Assembly: GCA_038534095.1 (NCBI GenBank)
Contig: JBCAXK010000004.1
Location: 8,397 to 72,396 of the forward strand
Length of the DNA: 64,000 nucleotides
Reading direction: 5' to 3'
DNA from: Chlamydiota bacterium
GTDB lineage: Bacteria; Chlamydiota; Chlamydiia; Chlamydiales; SM23-39
Program-made: the position numbers and the translations under genes
Shown: piece after piece, positions 51,048-60,989 of the stretch
Layout of the letters: each line of letters starts with the position of its first letter
Position numbering within the stretch: position 1 is the first letter of the stretch
Notes under the pieces: model-generated
Seen by the model: the letters and a program-made list of their open reading frames with translations, nothing else
Database searches by the model: none
Told to the model about the DNA's origin: nothing

Positions 51048-51965
51048 ATGATGAAATTCTGGATAAAAAAAAGCGTTATTTATCTTTTTTCTTCTTTTAT
51101 TGTTCTCACAGCGACTTTTTGCGCCCTGCGCGCAATACCGGGAGATCCTTTTACAAGGGAGATGACTCTTCCAAGAGAGATCGTGCTTGCATTAAGGAGC
51201 CATTACGGCCTAGATGAGCCTCTCCTCTTCCAATATTTCTCCTATCTGCAAAAAATGGCAACGCTCAATTTTGGCCCTTCTTTAACTTATGAAGGGAGAA
51301 CTGTTGGTGAGCTGATTCAAGAGGCGCTTCCTATCTCATTTCTTTTAGGCCTATTGAGTGGTATGTTCTCCCTATTTTTCGGGTACACGTTAGGACTTTT
51401 CTTTGCAAAAATCCCCCAAAAATCCTCCATCACCCGATTCGTGAACGCAGCTTGTCTCAGCGTTCCTACATTTGTTCTCGCCCCTTTTTTACAATATTTT
51501 TTCTCACTAAAATGGTCGATATTTCCCATTGGAGGCTGTGCTGGAATCGATAGTTTAGTACTTCCAATACTTACGCTATCTTTTATTCCCATCTTTCAAA
51601 TTGCAAAAATTGTGCACGCAAGCACCCGAGCAATTTTGCAAGAGGACTACATCAAAACGGTCCGAGCAAAAGGGATGGGAGAAAAAGAGTTATGGAGATC
51701 ACATGTGAATAAAAACGCTCTTATCCCCGTACTCGATTACTTAGTTCCTCTAACCTCCTATTTGCTCATGGGAAGTTTTGTCGTAGAACAAACCTTTTCT
51801 CTGCCGGGTCTTGGGCAACTGATGGTGCGTAGCATTGAGTCGCGCGATTACGGCTGCGTCATGGGTCTTGTGTTTGTCTACTGTTTGGTTCTTTTCTCTG
51901 TGGAGTGGCTTGTGAGCGCATTAAAACCCCATCTTGATCCAAGGATGCGTCATGAAATTGCCTAA
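51048..51965 (+). CDS. oppB: Oligopeptide ABC permease
   Basis: PGDPF, YGLD.PL..QY, L.EDYIKT.RAKG (EAA loop), E..F.LPGLG, RDY. Confidence 0.85.
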   Translation: MMKFWIKKSVIYLFSSFIVLTATFCALRAIPGDPFTREMTLPREIVLALRSHYGLDEPLLFQYFSYLQKMATLNFGPSLTYEGRTVGELIQEALPISFLLGLLSGMFSLFFGYTLGLFFAKIPQKSSITRFVNAACLSVPTFVLAPFLQYFFSLKWSIFPIGGCAGIDSLVLPILTLSFIPIFQIAKIVHASTRAILQEDYIKTVRAKGMGEKELWRSHVNKNALIPVLDYLVPLTSYLLMGSFVVEQTFSLPGLGQLMVRSIESRDYGCVMGLVFVYCLVLFSVEWLVSALKPHLDPRMRHEIA

Positions 51966-52734
51966 ATGCAGCCTAGGATTTCTCCTTTTAGCCCTGGTCT
52001 TTGTGTGCATAGGCCAACTATTTTCTCCTAAAGAAACGATTATTTTAAGCAAGATCCATCTCTCGCCCTCTTTTTCCCACCCTTTTGGGACTGATGATCT
52101 CGGTCGAGATCTCTTTCTCCTTTGTTGCAATGGACTGAAAACTTCCTTAACAATTGGCCTCATTGCCGCCTTTTTTGATCTTTTCATCGGCGTTCCTTAT
52201 GGCGCTTTAGCAGGATTTTACGAAGGATCCCTCTCTGTTGCGATGCTACGCCTTGCCGATATCTTGCACATCATTCCCCTCATCTTACAAATTCTACTCT
52301 TCATGAGCATCTTTGGATCGGGCCTTTTCCCCATTGTTTTATCTCTGTTTTTAAGTAGCTGGACAACAATGGCGCGCGTTGTCTCTAGTCAGGCGCGTAT
52401 TTTACGAAGTAAACCCTTTGTCCTATATGCCAACATGATGGGAGCATCCTACCTGCACATTTTTTCCACCCATTTGCTCAAAAATCTTTGGACGTTCATC
52501 ACACCTATTCTCACCTACACAATCCCAAAAGCCGTCTTTACAGAAGCCTTTCTAAGCTTTTTGGGCATGGGAATTTCTCCCCCAGCAAGTTCTTTAGGGA
52601 TGCTGATCGCGCAAGGGATGGCCACTATGGAATTTTTCCCATGGCGCCTTTTCTTCCCTTCCCTTCTCCTTTTTGCTGTTTTACTCTCTTTGCACAATGT
52701 CGGAAACTTTTTACAAAGAGACGCTCCTTTATGA
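51952..52734 (+). CDS. oppC: Oligopeptide ABC permease
   Basis: HPFGTDDLGRD, EAFLSFLGMG..PP..SLG. Confidence 0.87.
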   Translation: MKLPKCSLGFLLLALVFVCIGQLFSPKETIILSKIHLSPSFSHPFGTDDLGRDLFLLCCNGLKTSLTIGLIAAFFDLFIGVPYGALAGFYEGSLSVAMLRLADILHIIPLILQILLFMSIFGSGLFPIVLSLFLSSWTTMARVVSSQARILRSKPFVLYANMMGASYLHIFSTHLLKNLWTFITPILTYTIPKAVFTEAFLSFLGMGISPPASSLGMLIAQGMATMEFFPWRLFFPSLLLFAVLLSLHNVGNFLQRDAPL

Positions 52735-53405
52735 AAAAAAAGTTGCTCACTTTTGAAAAGGTTTCTCTAATGATCGGGGAGGAGAGGCTACTTGCTCCCT
52801 TTTCTTTCACCTTGCATGAAGGGGAAGCTATCGGTCTTGTAGGCCCCTCTGGAGCGGGAAAAAGCCAGTTGTTACAGGCGATCGTGGGCCTGTCTAAAGC
52901 AAGAGTGGAGGGGAAGATCCTGTACAAAGACCGCCCCCTTCACTGCCTAAGAAAAGAGGAGTTACAAGCCATTCGAGGAAAAGAGATCGGACTGATTTTA
53001 CAAAATCCGTTTGCGCAGTTCAATCCTACAAGGACGGTTGGCGCGCAGCTTCTAGAAAGCTTTTCTACGAAAACCAAAAACCGTGAGGAGCGCGCCTTAG
53101 AGGCAGTCACTCTTTTGGATCAGCTCCATATTGAGGATCCCACCAAACTGCTAGCCTCTTTTCCCCATGAAGTGAGCGGCGGGATGTTGCAAAGAGCGCT
53201 GATTGCGATGTTCCTGCTGATAAAACCATCTGTTTTGCTCAGTGATGAGACAACAACCGCCTTAGATCCGGTGAGCATACATCACCTGTTTCGGGTGCTA
53301 AAAACATCGGATACCTCCCATATTTTTGTGACGCACAATCAAAAAGCGGCCAGCTACTTTTGTGACCGGGTCTTTTTCATCAAAGAGGGGGTCTTATGCT
53401 CTTAA
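52731..53405 (+). CDS. oppD: Oligopeptide ABC ATP-binding protein
   Basis: GPSGAGKS, RGKEIG.I.QNP, FPHEVSGGMLQR, DETTTALD; ATGA overlap with oppC. Confidence 0.85.
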   Translation: MKKKLLTFEKVSLMIGEERLLAPFSFTLHEGEAIGLVGPSGAGKSQLLQAIVGLSKARVEGKILYKDRPLHCLRKEELQAIRGKEIGLILQNPFAQFNPTRTVGAQLLESFSTKTKNREERALEAVTLLDQLHIEDPTKLLASFPHEVSGGMLQRALIAMFLLIKPSVLLSDETTTALDPVSIHHLFRVLKTSDTSHIFVTHNQKAASYFCDRVFFIKEGVLCS

Positions 53406-54139
53406 AATTATCCCAGGTAAGCAAAGTATTTTCTCCAGGAACGGCCCAAGAAAAGCGGGCTCTAAACAACGTAAACTTATCGTTACAAGAAAATGAGGTG
53501 CACGCTCTTGTAGGGAGATCTGGCTCGGGAAAATCTACAATCGCCTACCTCATCATGGGGCAGATCGCCCCAACCGAAGGGAGCCTGTTTTTTCTAGAAA
53601 ACCGCCTGTCAAAAGAAAGGGGCTCGGCTCTCCGATCGGAGATACAGATGATTTTTCAAGATCCATCAGGATCGCTCAATCCCTATTTATCGCTTAGACA
53701 AATCTTAGAAGAGCCTACCCATATTCTTGGGAAAAAGCTCTCTTGGGAGGGTTTGTGTGCGCTTTTTGATTCTGTCGAATTGCCGCGGAGTTATCTGAAG
53801 AAATTCCCTAAGGAATGCAGCGGCGGCGAGCTGCAAAGAGTCAGTATTGCTAGAAGCTTGAGCGTAAAACCCAAACTTCTGATTTGTGATGAAATTTTAG
53901 CTTCACTAGATCAACCAAAACAAGAACAGGTCATCTTGTTATTAGAAAACTTGCTGCAAGAAAACCGCTTGAGTTGCCTGTTCATCACGCACAATCTTTC
54001 TTTAGCAGAAAAGTTGAGCCACAAAACCACCGTTTTGCTCCATGGGGAAGTGGTGGAGCAAGGAAAAACAAAAGAGGTGTTTGACAATCCTCAGCATCCC
54101 TACACGCAAGATCTCATCACCTTTGGCGCTTTGTTTTAA
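53396..54139 (+). CDS. oppF: Oligopeptide ABC ATP-binding protein
   Basis: GRSGSGKST, QMIFQDP..SLNP, SGGELQR, ICDE, PQHPYTQ.L. Confidence 0.87.
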   Translation: MLLKLSQVSKVFSPGTAQEKRALNNVNLSLQENEVHALVGRSGSGKSTIAYLIMGQIAPTEGSLFFLENRLSKERGSALRSEIQMIFQDPSGSLNPYLSLRQILEEPTHILGKKLSWEGLCALFDSVELPRSYLKKFPKECSGGELQRVSIARSLSVKPKLLICDEILASLDQPKQEQVILLLENLLQENRLSCLFITHNLSLAEKLSHKTTVLLHGEVVEQGKTKEVFDNPQHPYTQDLITFGALF

Positions 54140-55095
54140 GACGCTTCGCTAGAAGCGGCTTTTTTTTCAAGGGCGCTACGCAAATTTTTGGGAAGATCAA
54201 ACACCACTTCTTCTTTTTTGTGCAAAACCTCCTCGATACTCGTCACACCTAGCTCTTGCAACCGCTCGATGCATTTTTGCACAACCGTTTCTGGGGTCGA
54301 GGCTCCTGCGCTCATGCCAATCACCTGGCAACTTTGCAGCCAGTCGGGATCAATCTCCTGTTCATCATTGATCAAATACGCGTTAGGCCCCTCACTCTTT
54401 GCAATCTCGCAAAGGCGATTCGAGTTGGAGCTCGTGGAGTCTCCTACAACAAGAAAGAGGTCGGTGGTTTTAGCAAATTGACGTAATGCAACCTGCCGGT
54501 TTGTTGTCGCATAACAGATCGAAGAAGAGGGCAACGTTTCTATCTGCGGATACTTCTCGACAAGTTTTTGTACAATTTGCTCCACATCTAGTACGCTCAA
54601 AGTGGTCTGCGTGAGGTAAAAAAGGGGATCACTGGGAGAAAATGTCAGCCGATCGACATCGCTTGGATTTTCCACAATGTGCGTAGCTTCTGGAGCTTCC
54701 CCAGCAGTGCCAATCACCTCAACATGATCTTTATGACCAATCAAAATGATTTTGTACCCCCGTTTCGCCCACCTTTTTGCTGCTGAATGGACCTTGGTCA
54801 CTAAGCCGCAAGTCGCATCAATTTCGGTGAGGCGCCTATCCTTAGCTTCCTGTCGAACTTGGGGAGAAACCCCATGGGCCGAATAAATAATCACAGAACC
54901 TTCTGGCACAAGAGAGAGATCTTCGATGAAACGAGCCCCTTTTTCCTCTAAATAGGAAATCACATGCTTATTGTGCACAATTTCATGCTTTACGTAGACG
55001 GGAGGCCGGTAGAGCTCTAAGGTTTTTTCTACCGTATGAATCGCTCTTTCGACTCCGGCGCAAAAACCCCTAGGACTTGCGATAAGAAGTTTCAT
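54136..55095 (-). CDS. ispH: 4-hydroxy-3-methylbut-2-enyl diphosphate reductase
   Basis: PRGFCAGVERAI, IVHN, SAHGV, DATC.LV.KVH, ICYATTNRQ, SSNS, AGASTPE. Confidence 0.96.
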   Translation of the reverse strand: MKLLIASPRGFCAGVERAIHTVEKTLELYRPPVYVKHEIVHNKHVISYLEEKGARFIEDLSLVPEGSVIIYSAHGVSPQVRQEAKDRRLTEIDATCGLVTKVHSAAKRWAKRGYKIILIGHKDHVEVIGTAGEAPEATHIVENPSDVDRLTFSPSDPLFYLTQTTLSVLDVEQIVQKLVEKYPQIETLPSSSICYATTNRQVALRQFAKTTDLFLVVGDSTSSNSNRLCEIAKSEGPNAYLINDEQEIDPDWLQSCQVIGMSAGASTPETVVQKCIERLQELGVTSIEEVLHKKEEVVFDLPKNLRSALEKKAASSEAS

Positions 55096-55113
55096 AAATG
55101 AGATGGGCTCGCG

Positions 55114-57030
55114 TTAGTGCACATCGGCTGCGCACCTAAAACCGTAAGTACGGTTGACTGTTCCAGGGTTATTCCGATGCCTATGAGAATACCGTAGATC
55201 TTCTTTCAAACTTTTCCAACAACCACCACGAAGTACTCTGTAGACTCCTTGCAAAGGACCTTTCGGATTTTCTGGCTCCTGCAAAGAAGCGTCGTAATAA
55301 TTGTATGCATACCAATCTTCACACCACTCGTACACGTTCCCTGCCATATCGTAAAGGGAGAAAAACCCTGCAGGATAGCTCATTACAGGGGTGGTATCAC
55401 TACTGAAGAAATTGGCTTGGTTTCTCTCTATTTGATCGCCTGTAGGGTAGACGCCCGTATCTTTTCCTCCACAGCCGGCCACTTCCCATTCCGCTTCTGT
55501 AGGCAGCCTTTTTCCTATCCATTTCGCATAAGCCACCGATCCGTACCAAGTGACACCTACAACCGGATGTTTGTTGTAGCCAGATTCGATAATGAACTTA
55601 CCCGCTGTCTTTTTGATTCTTGAATCCCTTAGACGGATAATGTCGTTGTTATTCCCATCTTTTTCTCCGCCCATAGCCATCAAAAAACGAACAAACTGCT
55701 CATTTGTTACAGGGTGAATATCGATAGCAAAACTGCTCAACGTCACTGCGTGACGGGGCATCTCATCCCGGGCTCCTGTATTGCTCCCTCGAAAATAGGT
55801 TCCTCCAGGGATGATCACCATTTCGGAGAAAATGGGTTCCACTTCACGAATCTCCACCTTAGTAGGCTCATAACGTGATACGCTAAGCTCTCTTTGAAAA
55901 ATGGCTCCTGGATCTGGTTCGTAAATAGGACGTTCGATTTTCGGAGGATTGATCACAGGTTTTAGAGCAGATGGAGGAGCAGGAAATGCGTAGTAGGCTG
56001 AGGGTTTCTCCCCTCTAACCGCACGTTCGAAAGGGAAGGACATTTGCATCTTATCCTCTACCCGCTTTTCGATCGCTTTCCAAGGAAACAGCGTCAGATT
56101 TTTTTCTTCGGAAGGAGTATTTTCTTCTTTTGTGCTCGAAGAGGAGGTGTCATCAGCCTTTTTATGTAAAAGATCTTGCATCGTTTTTTCAATATAGGCA
56201 GGCCTTTTTGCAGGGTCCTTATCTAGTACGTAGCGGAGTAAAAGATCCCAAGAAAGATGCATGGTAGGCGCTAATTTTGCAATCGGCTCAATCATCGCTT
56301 CGGGAAACTCTTTCGTTAGCAAGTAATACGCAAGGACGCCAAAGGCATAAACATCTGACCTAGAATCCTGTTGCGCATTTGATAAACACTGTTTTTGCTC
56401 TGGGGCCAAGAAATGAAAATTCCGAATATAAGAGCGGTAGTGTTTGTAATCTTCCATCCCCTTTTCCGATTGAAAACTTTCGGCAATGTTCACGTACGCT
56501 TGGAGCAAACATCTGCCTATCCCTAAAAGTTGCATAAGACCAAAATCGCTCAAAAACACCTGCAAAGAACGGTCCTTTTTTTGCACTAAGATATTGCTCA
56601 GTTTCAGAGCTCCATGGATCCAATGACCATCTCCTTTGGTCACTGTATGCGCGTAATCAAGGGCAGATCCGACTTGCAATAGAATCTGTTCAATTTCTGA
56701 CTCTGAAAGAACGGTTCCTTGTAAATCGAGGTAACTATCGAGATTCATGACCTGACCAGACTGATCCACAATGGGATCCATCACAATAAAATATTTTCCA
56801 TCTGCAAAGGAAATATTGTGGATTTTCACAATCGAAGGGTGGTCTAACTGCGCTAAGGAAGAAACATTTTTCTCAAACCTTTCCACAAATGTGGGATCAG
56901 CAACAAGAGATGGTGCTAGCACCTTGATTGCAAACGTTTTTTTCATCAGCCTATGTTCTGCTAAATAAACATCTGCAAACGCATTTCGCCCAAGGTTTTG
57001 AAGGATATAATAATCGCCTATACTGTCCAT
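55114..57030 (-). CDS. pkn1: Ser/Thr kinase-like domain plus FGE-sulfatase domain (chlamydial Pkn1)
   Basis: AIKVL, LDHPSIVK, SDFGL, FLAPEQ, DVYAFG; C-terminal HPVVGVTW, RLPTEAEWE, DMAGNVYEW, RGGCW, GFRCA. Confidence 0.9.
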   Translation of the reverse strand: MDSIGDYYILQNLGRNAFADVYLAEHRLMKKTFAIKVLAPSLVADPTFVERFEKNVSSLAQLDHPSIVKIHNISFADGKYFIVMDPIVDQSGQVMNLDSYLDLQGTVLSESEIEQILLQVGSALDYAHTVTKGDGHWIHGALKLSNILVQKKDRSLQVFLSDFGLMQLLGIGRCLLQAYVNIAESFQSEKGMEDYKHYRSYIRNFHFLAPEQKQCLSNAQQDSRSDVYAFGVLAYYLLTKEFPEAMIEPIAKLAPTMHLSWDLLLRYVLDKDPAKRPAYIEKTMQDLLHKKADDTSSSSTKEENTPSEEKNLTLFPWKAIEKRVEDKMQMSFPFERAVRGEKPSAYYAFPAPPSALKPVINPPKIERPIYEPDPGAIFQRELSVSRYEPTKVEIREVEPIFSEMVIIPGGTYFRGSNTGARDEMPRHAVTLSSFAIDIHPVTNEQFVRFLMAMGGEKDGNNNDIIRLRDSRIKKTAGKFIIESGYNKHPVVGVTWYGSVAYAKWIGKRLPTEAEWEVAGCGGKDTGVYPTGDQIERNQANFFSSDTTPVMSYPAGFFSLYDMAGNVYEWCEDWYAYNYYDASLQEPENPKGPLQGVYRVLRGGCWKSLKEDLRYSHRHRNNPGTVNRTYGFRCAADVH

Positions 57031-57434
57031 AACACTCTTGTAGAATTTGATCATAAAAATGCCGGATCTTTAATGCAAGAATTCATAGCAAAACGGGGAG
57101 AAAAATGCGAAGCAGGCCTCCATATCGTGGTACGACATTGTTTTGCGTGCGGGTCTTTTCGAGAAAAAGAGGACGCCCATCGCCTAGCTCCCTTCCTCAT
57201 CGAGAAAAAGATCTAGAGCATCGACAAAGCTCTCATCAAAATAGTAAATCATTTTTTAGCGCTTTTGATGCGCTCGTGATGTTTACTTGCCGACAAGCGA
57301 TCTTCAAGTGGGCATGAAGGGAACGTGACCTTACGGTAGCTTTTATTAAAATTATTTTTTTATAATAAACCCCCCAATAAAAATGTTTTTTGTATTTAAA
57401 AAAAACGCTTTATTTTATATAATTAATTACAATT

Positions 57435-59324
57435 ATGAATATTCATCCAACAACAGTTTATCAAAAAAACCTTAATCATTGTGATCAAAGGCCGCAAAAA
57501 GCCTCTTTGTTCTCTTTTGATTTCCTGACCACCATCACACAGATTTTTTCTTGTTGCGTAAGCGCTTTTTCCTGGCTATTTCCTTGCTGTTTCCAGGGCG
57601 CTAAGGTGGAGACGGGGGCGTTTGTGAAAAAAGCTATTTCGCAAGAACAAACCAAACGTCATCCTTCGGTAAAAAAACAGGTTATGGAAGAAAAGAGCCT
57701 AGATCTTTTAAAAGCGCCTCTTTGTAGGGAAACATCTGGTAACAAAACGGCGGCTCTTTTCACCGGCAACAATGCCGTTACCGAGACCGCTCTTGTCCCT
57801 TACGTTAGGAGGTACGCCCATCCGATCGATTTTTCGGAGAGACCTCCAAGCAAAAAGCCCTCACAAGAAGAGGGCTTTAGCGACTTCAACCTCGCTGATC
57901 TGCTAGAAAAATATGGTAAGGAAATCGATTTTTCCAAAAGCCTTTTATCAGAAAAGTCCTCACAAGAAGAGGGCGGTAGCGACTTCAGCCTCGCTGATCT
58001 ACTAGAAAAGCACGCTGAAGAGGTTGTTACCGAGAACAACGCTGCGGGTAGCAAGACGGGTCCGATCTTAGACAGAAAAATGAGTCAGAGGCATCAGCTA
58101 CCTGTTTTCTCTTCTGAAGCTTCAAAAGGCAGCGCTCCACCTTTGCTCTCTAAAAAAGGTAGCACTAGGAAATCCTATGGGATTTTTTCAAACATTCCAT
58201 ATAAAGAAGAAATGGAAGCCTTAACAAGAGGATGTTTTGGCTACTTAGGAGCGCCTAAAGTAGTTTTTGGCTCGATCTTAAGCAACCTCATTGGCGCCTG
58301 GTATGTAATGAGCGCTCACTCTGGTCAAAGTTTACCTAAGTTGAGTGCAAAGGTGGCTGAAGGCTTTTCTTCTGCTACAAGAAACGCTTCTTTAGCTGCT
58401 ACGACCTCCCCAAAGCCTTTCTCGTATTCTGAAAGTATTCTACCAAATTCAGCTACCCTTACGACTCTGATTGCCTGCGGGATGCTCACATTTTTGGGGT
58501 ATAAGGTCTTCTCGTTCTACAATCAATCGATCACATCAAAAACAGGGAAAAGAGCGATCCGTTCCTGCGAAAGAACCGCTCTTTGCATGAAAATGGCTCT
58601 ACTCCCTACTTTTTTGACGATGATGATCTACTATTTTTCTAGGCAAGAAGGGATCTACTTGTCAGGAACGTATCTGAAACACGCTGGCGTTATCACCATC
58701 CAGCAATCGAGCCGCCTACTTGTTTCACTCATGAGCTTTTACTGTCGATTATTGTACAAGGAACCTGTCGCTGCAGTATTTTTCCCAGGTTTTTCTGTGG
58801 GCATTCTTACCCACACTTACTACGGCGCTTTAGAAATACAAAAAAACCAAGATAAGAAGAAGACTCTTTCTAAAAAAGAGATCGTGAAGCCCTTAGAGCG
58901 TCCAGCTAAGGTGGAAGAACAAAGGCTCTATCCCACCAATTCTTATGCATTGCCTCTAAGCATTAGCAGGAATATTCTAAGGATTTTCAGGAATATTCTT
59001 CTCGCGCAAGGAACGCAAGAGCGCTTCTCAACGCCATACAATCGGTTAGCGGGAATCGATACAGAAAAAAACAGCGAGGTTCGGGCGCAATTTTTAAGAA
59101 AATTATTTGGTAACGGGTTCTTACAGGCGGTGAAATACCCTCTATTTCAAAAAACCCTCCCAAGCTTTTCTTTCCTAGAAAAAAAAGATGACAAGAAAAA
59201 CTCTTCTGCTACCACCTTACCTCTAACAATGACCTCTATTCTCACACCGAGCGAAAAACTCACTTGGAAAAACTACTTCTCCCTACCCTCTCGTAAAAAA
59301 TGGATCGGAAAAAATAACAACTGA
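57435..59324 (+). CDS. Hypothetical protein with internal repeat and several hydrophobic segments
   Basis: 629-aa ORF after an AT-rich promoter-like tract; no recognisable family. Confidence 0.7.
   Translation: MNIHPTTVYQKNLNHCDQRPQKASLFSFDFLTTITQIFSCCVSAFSWLFPCCFQGAKVETGAFVKKAISQEQTKRHPSVKKQVMEEKSLDLLKAPLCRETSGNKTAALFTGNNAVTETALVPYVRRYAHPIDFSERPPSKKPSQEEGFSDFNLADLLEKYGKEIDFSKSLLSEKSSQEEGGSDFSLADLLEKHAEEVVTENNAAGSKTGPILDRKMSQRHQLPVFSSEASKGSAPPLLSKKGSTRKSYGIFSNIPYKEEMEALTRGCFGYLGAPKVVFGSILSNLIGAWYVMSAHSGQSLPKLSAKVAEGFSSATRNASLAATTSPKPFSYSESILPNSATLTTLIACGMLTFLGYKVFSFYNQSITSKTGKRAIRSCERTALCMKMALLPTFLTMMIYYFSRQEGIYLSGTYLKHAGVITIQQSSRLLVSLMSFYCRLLYKEPVAAVFFPGFSVGILTHTYYGALEIQKNQDKKKTLSKKEIVKPLERPAKVEEQRLYPTNSYALPLSISRNILRIFRNILLAQGTQERFSTPYNRLAGIDTEKNSEVRAQFLRKLFGNGFLQAVKYPLFQKTLPSFSFLEKKDDKKNSSATTLPLTMTSILTPSEKLTWKNYFSLPSRKKWIGKNNN
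57825..58022 (+). repeat. Two imperfect 99-bp in-frame tandem copies
   Basis: IDFSERPPSKKPSQEEGFSDFNLADLLEKYGKE / IDFSKSLLSEKSSQEEGGSDFSLADLLEKHAEE, units starting at 57825 and 57924. Confidence 0.9.
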
Positions 59325-59465
59325 TCTAGTGATTAAACCACTCGGGAAAAATACCCTTTTTCTCCAAGGTAGGGCTAAAAATCACGAAAAAACATCTACT
59401 TCGAACCCAGCTCGAAAAAAAATCCCGATCCATGTACTATGAATATTTCAGCGATGTGATGGCCC

Positions 59466-60752
59466 ATGGAAACACTTAGCGTAAGCGCGCTTACCTCTTT
59501 CATAAAGAAAAATTTAGAAAAAGACTTTTGCTGGCTCAAAGTCCAAGGAGAAGTCAGCAATGCAAAAGATTCGTCTGGGCACCTCTATTTTACCCTCAAG
59601 GATGATTCTGATGCTGGAAAAGCGCAAATTTCCTGCGTATTTTTTAAAAAAGATCGTATCAAGTCGGGGCAAACCTTTGAGAATGGTGATCTGATCGTCG
59701 TTGAAGGGAGCCTCTCTGTATACCCACCTAGAGGGTCTTACCAGATCATTATTCGGAGCTTTTCTACAGCGGGCTTAGGAACTCTTTTACTCAGGCTGCA
59801 CCAAACCAAAGAAAGGCTGCAAAAGGAGGGTTTGTTTGATGAAAAACATAAGCAACCTTTGCCGCTTTTTCCCAAAACCATTGGAGTGATCACTTCACCG
59901 ACTGGAGCAGTGATTCAAGATATTTTGCACGTATTAAGGCGCCGTTATCCTGGGTTTCATCTGATTCTTTTCCCTGTAAAAGTCCAAGGGGAAGGCTCTT
60001 CTGAAGAAATTGCTTTGGCCATTAAAGAGTGTGACCGTTACGAGCTTTGTGACCTTTTGATTGTGGGCCGAGGGGGAGGCTCTTTAGAAGACCTTTGGGC
60101 ATTCAATGAAGAGCGGGTAGTTAGGGCTGTTTTTGAGGCAAAAAATATTCCCATTGTATCGGCTGTTGGTCATGAAACCGATCACACTCTGATCGATCTT
60201 GTTGCCGACAAAAGAGCTCCCACCCCATCTGCTGCAGCTGAGCTGGCTGTTCGGGAAAAAGCCTCGTTACAACAGGCTCTTGAAGAAAGAAAAAAGCAGA
60301 TGGCTTACTGTTTACAAAAACAAGTAGAAGAAAAAAGGCAGAGGCTGAACGTCTTGAGCAAACTACCCCACTTTTCAGATCCCACCTATTTTTTAGCGAA
60401 ATGGTCACAAGAACTCGACGAAAAACGCTCAGAACTCTGCGTTGGTGTGCAAAAAAAACTCGAAGAAACAAAGCGCTCTTTTGCCTATTTGCAAAAAGGG
60501 TATCAAGAAAAAGACCCGACTCTCCTTATCCAAGAGAGAAGAAAGTCTTTAGCCAGATGCAAAGAGCACCTAGCTGCAATTGATCCAAAACTGCTTGTAA
60601 AAAGGGGATACACGATCCTTTTTTCGAAGAATACAGGAGAGGTGATCGTCTCTGCCGACCAGCTGCGGACGAGTGATGAGATCACAGCCACATTAAAAGA
60701 TGGAGCCATTGAGGCCCAAGTCAAGCGCGTTACGAAAGGAACAACCCCATGA
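59466..60752 (+). CDS. xseA: Exodeoxyribonuclease VII large subunit
   Basis: GEVSN...SGHLYFTLKD, IGVITSPTGAVIQD, GRGGGSLEDLWAFNEE, SAVGHETD, RAPTPSAAAE. Confidence 0.96.
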   Translation: METLSVSALTSFIKKNLEKDFCWLKVQGEVSNAKDSSGHLYFTLKDDSDAGKAQISCVFFKKDRIKSGQTFENGDLIVVEGSLSVYPPRGSYQIIIRSFSTAGLGTLLLRLHQTKERLQKEGLFDEKHKQPLPLFPKTIGVITSPTGAVIQDILHVLRRRYPGFHLILFPVKVQGEGSSEEIALAIKECDRYELCDLLIVGRGGGSLEDLWAFNEERVVRAVFEAKNIPIVSAVGHETDHTLIDLVADKRAPTPSAAAELAVREKASLQQALEERKKQMAYCLQKQVEEKRQRLNVLSKLPHFSDPTYFLAKWSQELDEKRSELCVGVQKKLEETKRSFAYLQKGYQEKDPTLLIQERRKSLARCKEHLAAIDPKLLVKRGYTILFSKNTGEVIVSADQLRTSDEITATLKDGAIEAQVKRVTKGTTP

Positions 60753-60988
60753 AATCATTTGAAGAGCTTTTTGCTCGTTTAGAGACCATTTTACAAAAGA
60801 TGAACGAGCCAGGTACATCGCTAGAAAATTCCCTGACACTGTTCACCGAAGCAGATCTCTTAATCAAACAGTGTGAAAAAAAACTCGGTGAAGCCGAAGA
60901 AAAAGTCCAAATTTTACTCAAAAATCGGGATGGGTCTTTAAAAACAGATGAAGAAGGCCAACCCGAAATTGTAGAATTTTCTTCTTGA
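60749..60988 (+). CDS. xseB: Exodeoxyribonuclease VII small subunit
   Basis: SFEE...LE.I...M....SLE.SL..F......C...L..AE; ATGA overlap with xseA. Confidence 0.92.
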   Translation: MKSFEELFARLETILQKMNEPGTSLENSLTLFTEADLLIKQCEKKLGEAEEKVQILLKNRDGSLKTDEEGQPEIVEFSS

Positions 60989-60989
60989 G

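Noticed and set aside
56998..57317. Two short + strand ORFs upstream of pkn1
   Set aside because: No motif or clear RBS; probably promoter-region noise
57825..58022. Tandem repeat considered as a CRISPR or other array
   Set aside because: Only two in-frame coding copies with no spacers; no CRISPR array or cas gene was seen in the window
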